The notes under the pieces are model-generated. The model was not told the origin of the DNA, made no database searches, and saw only the letters and a list, made by a program, of their open reading frames with translations. The translations under genes were made by a program, and so were the position numbers. Source: an uncultured Chloroflexia bacterium (GTDB lineage Bacteria > Chloroflexota > UBA6077 > JACCZL01). Taken from it: a DNA stretch of 64,000 nucleotides. Shown here piece after piece: positions 9,888 to 20,269 of this stretch (positions within the stretch are counted from its first letter, which is position 1; each line of letters opens with the position of its first letter). The stretch is from assembly GCA_963765765.1 (NCBI GenBank), contig CAVXYC010000001.1:160001-224000 (forward strand), written 5' to 3'.

Positions 9888-11363
9888 CTAGATTCGCTGT
9901 TCGCGAGCCGCGGTGCCAGCCGGGACGCTGGCAGGAGCCCCACGGTAAGTGCGCGACCATCCCATGGCGAGCTTCACCACCGCTAGAACGCCCGCTGTCG
10001 CCACCACGTGCATCATCACATCGGTGGGATGGTGGTAGCGCGGAACGAACGCCACGGTGGCCGCAGATGCAAGATAGAAGCTCAACGCCGTGAGCCCGGG
10101 CAGCAGACCCGGGCGCCAGGCGGGGGTCAGCAAGCAGGCAACCATGCCGATGACAAATAGTGTCGGGATGAGCAGTCCGAGGCGTGGACCCTGGTAAATG
10201 TTGACCAGGCGCTCGGCCAGATCAAAGCCGGCTTCTTGCTCGGCGGTGGCCGGGCCAATCAGGTAGTCCAGACGACGCGGCCAGTTGCGTGATTCCCAGA
10301 GCTTCCAGTGGTAGCCGAGCTCGTCCGGAATACCCATCCAGAGCAGCCGAAAGTCGTCGAGGACAAAGCGGACCCAGGTGAGCGGACGATCCTTGATTGC
10401 ATCGATAGCGATATCGCGCATGTAGGAATCCGCCTCGTTTTCACTCATCCGGAATTCTTCCATCAGCCGCGAATGGATCCCAATTCCGGTGACCTCCACC
10501 CAGGGCTTCTCCGCCTTATCGTCGGAGCGATCCTGGATGAATTTCCGCGCTTGCAGTCGTTTCGGATTCGGGTCATTGGGCGGGTTGGCAGGGTCGTAGA
10601 AGACGAAATTGCCGTAGTGGAAGACAGCCGTCTGGGCGATGAGGTTCTGGCCTACGGCACCGGCGACAGTGAATGCGCCATGCACCGCCTTGTTACGCGC
10701 CATCCAAGGAACGATAAGCAGCGCCGCGGCAACACCTGTAAGAATGGTCGCCCGGAGTGTCGGCCGCCATTTTCGAGTATGCAGCAGGACTATTGGCGGC
10801 CCGATAGCCAAAAGCATCTGGGCGTGTGGCCGGTTGAGCGTGGCCAATCCTATGGCAACGCCACTGGCCAGATACGCCCAGTTGGAGTCACGCCGTATAC
10901 CAAGGAGATACAGGAATACGGCAGCGGTGAGCAGAAAGGTGAATGTGGACTCTGTCATCAGGTACTGCTCGTAAATCAGCAGTCCACCTGACAGGGCGGC
11001 CACGAGCCCGCCCACAATTGCCGCGGCTCGTCCTATTGCCAGCTTACCGATTCCGTAGGCGAGCGCCACGGTGCCGAGTCCGATGACGTGCTGAATCGCG
11101 GCTACATTGCGCAGATCCTCGCCGAACGCGCGGCCGATGAGTGCCACGAAGACGGGGAAGAAGGGCGGTCGCTTGAGTGGCAGCGGGAAACCCTCACCCG
11201 TCATCAGCGCATGCGCCGGCACGTAGTACTGTGACGAATCTCCACCGATGAAGACGGGCGCGCGGGGAAAGAACGCGAGGCGCACTGCCGCGGCCACGAC
11301 CAGGATCAGCGTCAGCGCGAGAGCGTCGGGATGGGAGCGGAGCGTCCGAAGCATTGCAGACAT
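9888..11363 (-). CDS. GT-C fold (GT39/ArnT-like) membrane glycosyltransferase
   Basis: GDSSQY early loop, multi-TM, MTESTFTFL, PWMARN, PRYHHP. Confidence 0.78.
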   Translation of the reverse strand: MSAMLRTLRSHPDALALTLILVVAAAVRLAFFPRAPVFIGGDSSQYYVPAHALMTGEGFPLPLKRPPFFPVFVALIGRAFGEDLRNVAAIQHVIGLGTVALAYGIGKLAIGRAAAIVGGLVAALSGGLLIYEQYLMTESTFTFLLTAAVFLYLLGIRRDSNWAYLASGVAIGLATLNRPHAQMLLAIGPPIVLLHTRKWRPTLRATILTGVAAALLIVPWMARNKAVHGAFTVAGAVGQNLIAQTAVFHYGNFVFYDPANPPNDPNPKRLQARKFIQDRSDDKAEKPWVEVTGIGIHSRLMEEFRMSENEADSYMRDIAIDAIKDRPLTWVRFVLDDFRLLWMGIPDELGYHWKLWESRNWPRRLDYLIGPATAEQEAGFDLAERLVNIYQGPRLGLLIPTLFVIGMVACLLTPAWRPGLLPGLTALSFYLASAATVAFVPRYHHPTDVMMHVVATAGVLAVVKLAMGWSRTYRGAPASVPAGTAAREQRI

Positions 11364-11469
11364 AAAACGCGGCGACCCGCTCGGTCACCATACGGAAGCG
11401 GAAAGCGACCTGGCAAGTCGGCACACTCTCTGCCCGGTCTCTCGAACATCGCGCTAAAGGCCGAAAGAC

Positions 11470-12003
11470 ATGTGGGATCGAATCCGGAAATATGGACTAG
11501 GAACGCTGGCCGGATTCCTGGGGCTCAGCTTCGGTGTCGCCGCGGTTGGCGGCAAGATCACCGCGAAATCGGTGAACATCTGGTATCAGACCCTCCAACG
11601 TCCAAGCTGGACGCCGCCGGGCAGGCTATTTGGTCCGGTGTGGACGGTGCTGTACGGTCTGATGTCCGTCTCGGCATGGATGGTAACCAGAGCTGCGAAA
11701 AATCGCTTCGATCTCCGACATCCAGCAAAACTGGCTATCTGCGCCTGGTTCGCGCAGCTTGCGCTCAATCTCGCGTGGTCGGGGGTGTTTTTCGGCGCGC
11801 GACGAATAGGGGCAAGCCTCTATGTCATTGGCGGACTCTGGGCGGCCATTCTGGCCTACATGGTGTGGACCGCTAGAGTCTCACGCGTTGCCGCCTGGCT
11901 CTTTGCACCCTACCTTGCTTGGGTAAGCTTCGCGGCAGCCCTGAATTTCCGAATCTGGCGAATGAACCGCGGGCTCATCTCGCAAGTCACGCGGCGTATC
12001 TAA
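11470..12003 (+). CDS. tspO: TspO/MBR family protein
   Basis: WYQTLQRPSWTPP, FGPVWTVLY, LNLAWS, PYLAWVSFAAALN. Confidence 0.92.
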   Translation: MWDRIRKYGLGTLAGFLGLSFGVAAVGGKITAKSVNIWYQTLQRPSWTPPGRLFGPVWTVLYGLMSVSAWMVTRAAKNRFDLRHPAKLAICAWFAQLALNLAWSGVFFGARRIGASLYVIGGLWAAILAYMVWTARVSRVAAWLFAPYLAWVSFAAALNFRIWRMNRGLISQVTRRI

Positions 12004-12006
12004 GCG

Positions 12007-12186
12007 CTAGCACTCGCTACTTCGCTTGAACCGTCCCGCGCCACGCTCTGAAAGTACGTGAAGACTGCCTTCTCGGTCGACACGCTGTGCCTGAGTGTGG
12101 CAATGGGGACATTCCAGCAAATCCAATTCGTTCACACGCAGGCGCTCTTCGGAGCATCGTGGGCAATAGGGCAAGGGGGTTTCTGT
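12007..12186 (-). CDS. Small zinc-ribbon protein
   Basis: MTETPLPYCPRC...ECPHC, two CxxC motifs. Confidence 0.5.
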   Translation of the reverse strand, partial: TETPLPYCPRCSEERLRVNELDLLECPHCHTQAQRVDREGSLHVLSERGAGRFKRSSEC

Positions 12187-12284
12187 CATTTCGGTGTGCA
12201 GCAACAATCTATCGTAATCATATCCTTCGATTTCCCCTGACGGGCTTGACGTTTCGTGCATCCGCTCGCTATGGTCCGCGAGCC

Positions 12285-13019
12285 GTGTGGGAAGGCAAAC
12301 GCGTCTCCGTCATACTGCCCGCATACAACGAGGCAGACAATATCGCCCGGGCTGTCAGCGAATTCATCGGGATCTCGGCCATCGACGAGGTTGTCGTGGT
12401 GGACAACAATTCGCGTGACGGTACGGGACCTCTGGCCGCCGCGGCCGGTGGCCGCGTTGTCGTGGAGACCAAGCAAGGCTACGGTCACGCACTTCGCCGG
12501 GGCATGGCCGAGGCCGTGGGGGATCTTGTCGTACTGGCAGAACCAGACGGAACGTTTGTAGCTCGGGACGTGCTCAAGCTGCTCAGTTACACCGACGAAT
12601 TCGATATGGTGCTGGGCACGCGGACCACGCGTGAGCTGATCTGGAGCCAGGCCAACATGGGCTGGTTCCTGCGGGTCGGCAATGTCGCCGTGGCCAAGAT
12701 GATTCAGGTGCTCTACGGAGGCCCGTCGCTGTCTGACTGCGGCTGCACGTTTCGACTGATTCATCGCGAGGCACTCGCGAAAATTTACGATGATCTCACG
12801 GTAGGAGGCTCGCACTTTCTACCTGAGATGGTCATCCTGGGACTGCGCCGGGGACTCCGAGTCATTGAGATTCCCGTGAATTACCGGGGCCGCGTCGGCG
12901 AGTCAAAAATCACAGGGTCTCCCATGACGGCCATGAAAGTCGGCCTGCGAATGATTGGCCTGATCACGGAGTATCGATGGCATACGCTGCGCCGCATGGC
13001 TCGCCGATCGCCGCGTTAG
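12285..13019 (+). CDS. Glycosyltransferase family 2 (DPM1-like)
   Basis: VSVILPAYNE, VVDNNSRDGT, EIPVNYRGRVGESK. Confidence 0.9.
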   Translation: MWEGKRVSVILPAYNEADNIARAVSEFIGISAIDEVVVVDNNSRDGTGPLAAAAGGRVVVETKQGYGHALRRGMAEAVGDLVVLAEPDGTFVARDVLKLLSYTDEFDMVLGTRTTRELIWSQANMGWFLRVGNVAVAKMIQVLYGGPSLSDCGCTFRLIHREALAKIYDDLTVGGSHFLPEMVILGLRRGLRVIEIPVNYRGRVGESKITGSPMTAMKVGLRMIGLITEYRWHTLRRMARRSPR

Positions 13020-14723
13020 GGCGGCGACCCGCTGTAGCCGCGTCGGTCGGTGTCTTAGGCGCGCTAGCCATTGTCGCTTTCGGCCTTTTTGTGGGCCGGG
13101 AGATCGGGCGACCGTTTCTCTACGACGAAGTGAACTTTACTTTCGGCGCCGAGGCCGTGGCGCGAACTGGGATTCCGTTCGCTAACGCCGGCTGACATGA
13201 GCGACCGCTACGATTTCGGTCAGCGTGAGCAATGGGCGCTGTGGCATCCGCCACTCTATCTCTACGCGTTGGGGCTCTGGTACAAGCTGTTGGGTGTGTC
13301 GGAGTTGGTGGGCCGTGGCTTCGGGGTCGTCTGCACAATCATCTCGGCGTTGTTGATCGGGTACATCGGACGTAGAGTTGCCTCACCCACTGCGTCCGCC
13401 CTCACTGGATTACTGGCCTTCGCCCTATTCCTGCTCAGCCCTCTCACTGTCCAGAGCGCACTTATTCTGGATATTGACGGAACGGTCCTACTGCTGTTCG
13501 TGACGCTGCTGACGGCGCTTTATATACGTCACGTGCAGGAGCCGGCACGTTGGGACATCCCGGTGCTGACCCTGGTCTTCGCTCTGGCGCTCTGGGCCAA
13601 GATGACTACTCCTCTGGGCCTGCTATTCGCGATGGTGGGTTATCGGACGCTCGAGCGACGCCCACTGATTGGACTTCGGGAGGCCGCCATCGTGGGATTG
13701 GGAGGAGCCGCGCTCTTTGTCTCAACCTACGCTGTAGTCTTCATAGCTCTGCGAATGCCCATGGACCTCCCGTTCGCCACCCTTTGGCAAGAATTCATGG
13801 ACGCCTCGGAGAGCACCCGGCAGTGGCGCGAGTCGTTCGAAACATTCATATCTGCCGTCTCGCCGGTAGCCTGGTGGATCTCACCAGCGCTGCTGGTCTT
13901 GAGTTTGGCCGCGCTGATCCAGCGCGGCCGCGATTTCCTCGAGACCCGGCAGCCGCACGTGATAGATGTAGTGCTCATCCTCGCGGCAGGCATCTACGCG
14001 GTCTATCTCATCAAGTTGGCCGGCCTATTTCCGAAGTACCACATCACCGCGCTCCCGTTTATCTGCCTGGCCGCTGCCTGGCTGGTGGGTCGAGTCGTCG
14101 GACAGGTCCGACTCAGGGACGCTTTGGCGTGGGCGCTGGTGCTCATCCTGATGACGGCCTACTACTGGCGCGTTCCCGTGGAGTGGTTCCGCGAAGGATT
14201 TGGTTCGCTAGATACGCTCCTGGTGATCCGCCCGCTGATGCTCCTGGTGCTGGCATTTGGGCTCGCGGCCGTCATTGCCGGCGGACCGTTCAGTCGACAT
14301 CTCGCTATGGTGACGGCTTTGCTCGTATTTGGCTGGTCGCTGGGTATGGGATGGAGACAGTCTCGGGTCGACTTTTCCACGAACTATTGGTACGGCACGC
14401 ACGGCCAACGGGAAGCGGCCGCGTTTGTCGATACGCTAATCGCCCCCGATGAGTTCTGGGGCGGCGCAAAAGAAGTGGCCTATTACGCGCGGAATCAACA
14501 GTACATCGATCAGGACACCCTCCAGTACTGGATCGAGCACTACGGCGGCGGGCTCCAACAGCCCATCAATGGACACATGCCGCGCGTGCTCGCCGTCTGG
14601 ACGGGCCATTCATACGTTTCCTGGGTGTTCCATGTGGCTATCGAGAAGGAGTTCGAGACGGTCGGAGAGTTTGGAACGTACACCGTCTTGGTCCGAAGAC
14701 CAGCCCTTAGCGCGGGAGCCTAG
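12977..14723 (+). CDS. GT-C fold membrane glycosyltransferase (one apparent indel at about 13193)
   Basis: FLYDEVNF, WHPPLY, multi-TM; removing one base joins 12977-13195 to 13197-14723 (AGYMSDRY). Confidence 0.75.
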
Positions 14724-14797
14724 ACTCGTCGCTTGCCGCTGACCGAGTGGAATGACAGAATGGCCCCACGTGCAGCGATTCCCTGGAGTATCAATTC

Positions 14798-14998
14798 ATG
14801 GCCAATTTTTATGATCTGTCCCCGGACGACGCGCGCAGGTTGGCGAATCTTGCGGGTCAGACGTGGGATGACGCCACAGTAGCGCGGCTGCTTCCGCAGA
14901 TAAGGGGCGTGCTAAACGCGGGCAAGCGGATCTACGATCTGGATCTGGGCACCACTGAGCTGGCGGTCAGCTTTGAGCTGGCAGAGTCTGAGCGATGA
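14798..14998 (+). CDS. Small GatC/AtzG-like partner protein upstream of amidase
   Basis: 66 aa, ggag RBS, ATGA overlap with the amidase, ARRLANLAG pattern. Confidence 0.6.
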   Translation: MANFYDLSPDDARRLANLAGQTWDDATVARLLPQIRGVLNAGKRIYDLDLGTTELAVSFELAESER

Positions 14999-16392
14999 GT
15001 GACGCACTCTGCCGTGAATCGATCGCGGCGCTTGCGCCGCGTATTGAGCGGCGCGACATCTCCCCAACCGAGCTTACGCAGGCCACGTTGGAGCGGATCG
15101 AGCGACTGAATCCGAAGTTGAACGCGTTCCTGACCGTAACCGCCGAGCACGCGTTGGAACAGGCCCGCGGGGCGGAGGCCGAGATCGCTGCGGGAAACTA
15201 TCGTGGACCGATGCACGGAATTCCGATCTCGCTCAAGGACCTCTACCTCACAAAGGGTATCCGCACAACCGGTGGCTCGAAGATCCTGGGCGACTGGATT
15301 CCGGACATCGATTCAGCGGTAGGCGAGCGGCTGCGCGACGCCGGCGCGATTATGGTCGGCAAGAACCACATGCACGAGTTCGCTTTCGGAACCACCAATC
15401 TGAGTCCGCACTACGGTCCAGCGCTCAACCCCTGGGATCAAGGTCGAGTGACCGGCGGCTCTAGCGGTGGTACAGCAGTGGCGGTGGCCACCGGCATGAG
15501 CCAGATGAGCATGGGCTCTGACACCGGGGGGTCCATTCGCATGCCAGCTTCGTTTTGTGGCGTCTCTGGAATTAAGGCGACTTATGGCCGCGTAAGCAAA
15601 TATGGCGCTCTTCCATTGGCCTGGTCTATGGATCACACCGGACCATTAGCTCGGTCCGCCGAGGACCTTGCGATCGTGCTCAATGCTATCGCCGGGTACG
15701 ACCCACGCGATCCGACGACCGTGGAGCGCCCGGTTCCCGATTTTCGATCGAAGCTGAACCAGGGCGTTTCAGGACTTCGCCTCGGCGTCATTCAGGAATA
15801 CATGGATAACACCGTGGACGCGGAGTCGGCCAGCGTGACCCGAGCCGCAATTGCTGAGCTAGAGAAGCTAGGCGCTCAAGTAGAAGATGTGTCGTTCCAG
15901 GATGTCACAGGTTTCCTGGGCGCCGCGACCACGATCCTGCACGCTGAGGGCGCGGCATACCATGCCAAGTGGTTGATGGAACGGCCGCAGGACTACAGCC
16001 CAGCGGTGCTAGAACGTCTCCAGGTGGGCTCCGTGCTGCCTGCCATCGACTACGTCAATGCCCAGAGGGCCCGCCGCATCATTGTGGATCGCGCGCTTGG
16101 CATCATGGGCAGGTTCGACGCCCTCGTGTGCACAACAATGCCGGTTCTGCCGCCGTTGCTCGAAGAGGGGAGTCGTCCCGAGATCCACGGCAATCTTGCG
16201 CGTCACACGCGCCTCTTCAACCTGTTGGGATTCCCAACGGCGTCGTATCCGTGTGGATTCAGTGCCACCGGACTGCCCATCGGACTCCAGGTCGCCGGTC
16301 GACCCTGGGATGAAGCCACGGTCCTGTGCATCGGCCATGCCTACCAGCAGGCCACGAATTGGCACAATCGTTGGCCGGCGGTGGCGAACTAA
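14995..16392 (+). CDS. Amidase signature family protein (GatA-like)
   Basis: GIPISLKD, GGSSGG, GSDTGGSIRMPA, LPIGLQ. Confidence 0.93.
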   Translation: MSDALCRESIAALAPRIERRDISPTELTQATLERIERLNPKLNAFLTVTAEHALEQARGAEAEIAAGNYRGPMHGIPISLKDLYLTKGIRTTGGSKILGDWIPDIDSAVGERLRDAGAIMVGKNHMHEFAFGTTNLSPHYGPALNPWDQGRVTGGSSGGTAVAVATGMSQMSMGSDTGGSIRMPASFCGVSGIKATYGRVSKYGALPLAWSMDHTGPLARSAEDLAIVLNAIAGYDPRDPTTVERPVPDFRSKLNQGVSGLRLGVIQEYMDNTVDAESASVTRAAIAELEKLGAQVEDVSFQDVTGFLGAATTILHAEGAAYHAKWLMERPQDYSPAVLERLQVGSVLPAIDYVNAQRARRIIVDRALGIMGRFDALVCTTMPVLPPLLEEGSRPEIHGNLARHTRLFNLLGFPTASYPCGFSATGLPIGLQVAGRPWDEATVLCIGHAYQQATNWHNRWPAVAN

Positions 16393-16444
16393 TGCGTTGC
16401 CTTGAACGAAGGTGCGCGGCTGGCCGACAGGTGGGAAGCCGCGT

Positions 16445-17239
16445 ATGACCGGCAAACATCAGATTTTTCAGGTTGACGCGTTCACGGATCGGGTGTTTGC
16501 CGGCAATCCTGCCGCGGTCTGTTTACCGGCGGAGTCGCGTGATGCCGAATGGATGCATGCGCTCGCGCGCGAGCTGAATCAATCCTCCACCACGTTTATC
16601 GAGGAGCGGGGAGATGTGTTCGGCATCCGCTGGTTCACACGACGCGAGGAGCTCGTGCTAAATGGGACCGGTACCCTGTGTTCAGCCCATGTTCTATGGG
16701 AGACTGGACGGGTCCCGCGGGACCAGGAAGTGAAATACGAGTCGCAAAGTGGTCCCCTAGCAGCCCGCTGGGACGACGGCTGGATTGAGATGGATTTTCC
16801 GGCCGGGACCGTAACAGCAGTGGACCCGCCAAAGGGGTTGATCGATGGATTGGGGGCGACGCCCACGCTCGTGGTGCGGAGCAACCGAAACGTCATCGCG
16901 TTATTCGAGAATGAGGGCGAGGTGCGTGCTCTGGAGCCCGACTACCCGCTGCTCGCGACGATTGATACGCGGGGAATCATCGCGACCGCCGCGGATGCCG
17001 ACTCGAAATTTGACTTCATCTCGCGATACTTCGGCCCCGCCGGCGGGATTGGCGAAGACCCGGTGAATGGCTCGTCACATGCCGAGCTCGGCCCCTTCTG
17101 GGGCGCTCGGCTGGGTCGCGATGTGCTTCTGGCGCAACAGGCGTCACCGCGTGGTGGGCTCCTACGAATTCGACCTGAGGGTGATCGCGTCTGGATCGCC
17201 GGTAAAGCCGTCACCGTGGCTCGGGGCGAGCTGGCGTAG
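16445..17239 (+). CDS. PhzF family isomerase
   Basis: QVDAFTDRVFAGNPAAV, SRYFGP, EDPVNGS. Confidence 0.9.
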   Translation: MTGKHQIFQVDAFTDRVFAGNPAAVCLPAESRDAEWMHALARELNQSSTTFIEERGDVFGIRWFTRREELVLNGTGTLCSAHVLWETGRVPRDQEVKYESQSGPLAARWDDGWIEMDFPAGTVTAVDPPKGLIDGLGATPTLVVRSNRNVIALFENEGEVRALEPDYPLLATIDTRGIIATAADADSKFDFISRYFGPAGGIGEDPVNGSSHAELGPFWGARLGRDVLLAQQASPRGGLLRIRPEGDRVWIAGKAVTVARGELA

Positions 17240-17262
17240 GATCAGACGACTTCGCCACATCC

Positions 17263-18264
17263 ATGGTCTCAGCGGTCAGCGTCGCCATCACGGTCAAGAA
17301 CGAGGCCGCGTCAATCGAGACGTTGCTTCACTCGCTGGGACGGCAGACGCGCCCTCCGGACGAGATCGTCATTGTGGATGGCGGGTCTACTGACGGAACG
17401 CTTGGAATTATCGAGGCGGCGGGTCCGCCCGTACGCGCGATCTCAGCACCAGACTCAAATATCTCCGAGGGACGCAACATTGCCATCCGCGCCGCCCGAT
17501 ACAACGTCATTCTCGTCACGGACGCTGGAGTCTCGTTACCCGACGTCTGGGTAGAGACGCTGACGGACGCCTTCGCGGGTGACGAATCACTGGCGATGGT
17601 AGGCGGATTTTTCGAGTCAGCGCCTCAGTCGGTGTTTGAGTGGGCGCTCGGTGCCACCACACTCCCACGGGAGAACGAGGTTGATCCGACTACCTTCATG
17701 CCGTCGCATCGCTCCGTGGCGTTTCGCCGCTCCGTCTGGCAGTCGCTCGGCGGGTATCCGGAGTGGCTGGACTACTGTGAAGACCTGCTGTTCGACATGC
17801 GAGCTCGGGCGGAGGGATTCCGTGTTAGCTTCGAGCCCCGTGCGACGGTGGCTTTTCGCCCGCGATCCACACTGAGAGCCTTTGCACTTCAGTACTTCCG
17901 GTACGCTCGCGGCGATGGCAAGGCGCGCATTCTTCTAAAGCGACACATCGTACGGTATGGGGTCTACGGCTGGGCGACGATTGCTTCTGGGATTGTCCTG
18001 AGATACCCGAGATTGCGCGCAGTTATTCTCGGAGCCGCGGCGCTATTTGTCGGGATGTACTGTCGGCGTCCATGGGCTCGACTTCTGGCAACCCGAGGGG
18101 GTCACTCAACGATGGAGCTCGTTAAGGCCGTCACGCTCGTACCCGTGCTGCGGCTGACCGGTGACTTCGCCAAAATGGCGGGGTTCCCTACGGGCTTAGC
18201 ATGGGCTTTTCGAGTCGGAAAAAGCCGGATCAGCCCCACGAATGACTCTTTGACTAACGGGTAG
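17263..18264 (+). CDS. Glycosyltransferase family 2
   Basis: TVKNE, IVDGGSTDGT, TDAG, GGYPEWLDYCEDL, C-terminal TMs. Confidence 0.9.
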   Translation: MVSAVSVAITVKNEAASIETLLHSLGRQTRPPDEIVIVDGGSTDGTLGIIEAAGPPVRAISAPDSNISEGRNIAIRAARYNVILVTDAGVSLPDVWVETLTDAFAGDESLAMVGGFFESAPQSVFEWALGATTLPRENEVDPTTFMPSHRSVAFRRSVWQSLGGYPEWLDYCEDLLFDMRARAEGFRVSFEPRATVAFRPRSTLRAFALQYFRYARGDGKARILLKRHIVRYGVYGWATIASGIVLRYPRLRAVILGAAALFVGMYCRRPWARLLATRGGHSTMELVKAVTLVPVLRLTGDFAKMAGFPTGLAWAFRVGKSRISPTNDSLTNG

Positions 18265-19324
18265 ACGTATCGGCGCTGACCTTCTGGAGATGCTTGACAC
18301 CCGCGGCCATGAGCTCCAGTGAATCCTGCATGGCTCCCATCTCGGCATCGGCCAGCAGCGAGGAGGCGCTCACCTCCACATTCCCCACCAGACCCAGGCA
18401 GCTAGTGGCGCCATATGTACGCCCATCCAGCTCGCCCGCGCGCATGGCACACAGGACCGGATACGCATAGCCATCCGGGCGCGCGAGCTGTGACCCTCGC
18501 TCAGCCGCGCGAGCCGGGGCCTCTTCGAACGAAGATTGGGCTTGCACCTCACTTGGGTAGACGATGAACGTAATCCGATTTTCCGCACCCGGCCCATCAA
18601 CCTGGAGATCGATCTCGCCAACTGCCCCGTGTGCAAAGCCTCGGTCGCTGATGGGCGAGCGAATGATATTTCCGGAACTGAACCCCGTCGGCAGCTCATC
18701 TGAGAGGAATGGGGTGCGAAACAGTGCATCCGCGAGCGCGGGCGCGCCGTTGGATGCTCGAAATTTCTCGTACTTTGCGAGTGCCACGTTATTGAGATTG
18801 ATTGCCGATTGGATGGACGTCCCGGGTGCGGCTCCCTCGACAAGGGTGAACCAGATCAAATTGTCGCGTACACGCCCCGCGCCGAAGACTAACCGTTCCA
18901 GGCCATCGACATCGGCTTGACCTATGAGCTGGACGTCGGTGGCGTTGTTCTGACCCCCGGGGAAGATGCCAACGTTTTGATCGCCGATGATTTGATCGCG
19001 CACTTGACGAAAGTAGCCGACGGGAGGTATTGGCTGATCGATACGTATCACTTGCTGCCAGATCCGAACGGGGCCACCCGCAAGGTGCTCAGGAGATGGG
19101 TCTGTTCGCATAGCAATGGTGTAGCTCGGACCGACGTTCTCGATGAGTTGCTCTCGGGTCAGACCAGGCTCGATCTCAAATCCGTCCGGAACGTCGCCGA
19201 GGTCTAACGCGGTTTCCTGAGGAAGCATGCTTGGGACCTGCGCCTGAGCTGACCAGGGCATGAGCGCCGTAGAGAAGATGACAGCGAGGGCCACCATGAC
19301 GCTAATAGACGATGGCGAAGTCAT
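18254..19324 (-). CDS. Secreted hypothetical protein
   Basis: 356-aa ORF with signal peptide (AQA site) and ggag RBS. Confidence 0.65.
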   Translation of the reverse strand: MTSPSSISVMVALAVIFSTALMPWSAQAQVPSMLPQETALDLGDVPDGFEIEPGLTREQLIENVGPSYTIAMRTDPSPEHLAGGPVRIWQQVIRIDQPIPPVGYFRQVRDQIIGDQNVGIFPGGQNNATDVQLIGQADVDGLERLVFGAGRVRDNLIWFTLVEGAAPGTSIQSAINLNNVALAKYEKFRASNGAPALADALFRTPFLSDELPTGFSSGNIIRSPISDRGFAHGAVGEIDLQVDGPGAENRITFIVYPSEVQAQSSFEEAPARAAERGSQLARPDGYAYPVLCAMRAGELDGRTYGATSCLGLVGNVEVSASSLLADAEMGAMQDSLELMAAGVKHLQKVSADTSTR

Positions 19325-20239
19325 GAGGTGCTCCAGGACGCTGTTCGAGCTTTAGATTTGACGGTTGCCCAGTGTATCAGAACGCGCCCAGCGCCCTGAG
19401 CTGGCAAGCGTCCGAAACGCGCCAGAATCTCAGAGGGTTATCTCATGTGTGGGCGTCAATAGGGAGAAACCAGATCAAACGGCCTCGCAATAGGTCAAGC
19501 GACTCGCGGCGTGCCCGTGCTATGACTGATGATCACTGCACTGGTGGCGCTCAACCCATCCTCGTAACGGCGCCAGAGCTTCCAGGTTCGGCCTGCCCGA
19601 GTCCTACGAATCGACTCCCAGCGTCGATTCTCGACCACGGGAAGCATCCATAGACGCCTAGCCATTCCTTGTCGGCCAAATACCTCTCGACCTATCTATT
19701 GTTCGTCAATGACCTCTGTATCAAAATTCACATCACTAACACTTTATAGGGGACAGCAATACTTTTACTTCCTTCGCCGCCAATGTTTATTAGATCTTCT
19801 TGCCAGATATCTTTCCACTTGATTATTGAAGTCATTTTAGTCCTAGGTGGTGATTCGATAGTTAGTGCATCTGTTCGAGAAATCTCGGTAAGCCCTCCCG
19901 GAACAGGGGCGAAGTGTACGCGCTATCGTAATATTCGAAAAGTGGGTCGAAGGCGGACCGCCTATTGGAGGCGATCCCAACACGCTTGACTGCCGCGTCC
20001 TAAAAGATCGCACTCGCCGTGGTGCGCCCGCGCGGACGTCGGTTCTGGCGACAACGTTCGGTCTGACCTTGCTAGATATCCAGATACCTATGCCGTCTCT
20101 TAACGTTCGATTTTGGGCCTGCCACGCGATCACCCCGTCGCTGATCGGCACAAGGCGGAGCGCGTCTTATAAGCGTCTCGCAATTAACATCTCGGTGCCG
20201 ACCGCGTCTGATGAGTATTGAGACGGGCCAGCCTGACGT

Positions 20240-20267
20240 GTGAGCGCTAAGCCGGATTATCGAACGG
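20240..20267. other. Degenerate dif-like site A
   Basis: gtgagcgctaa-gccgga-ttatcgaacgg (TAA-N6-TTAT core). Confidence 0.4.
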
Positions 20268-20269
20268 GC

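Noticed and set aside
13193-13195. In-frame TGA as selenocysteine/readthrough in the GT-C gene
   Set aside because: The downstream part is in a different frame; deleting one G gives GGC TAC ATG and joins the ORFs.
9123-13650. ccgataa/ttatcgg half-sites at about 9123 and 13640 as additional dif-like sites
   Set aside because: Single arms within coding sequence with no partner at 6-bp spacing.
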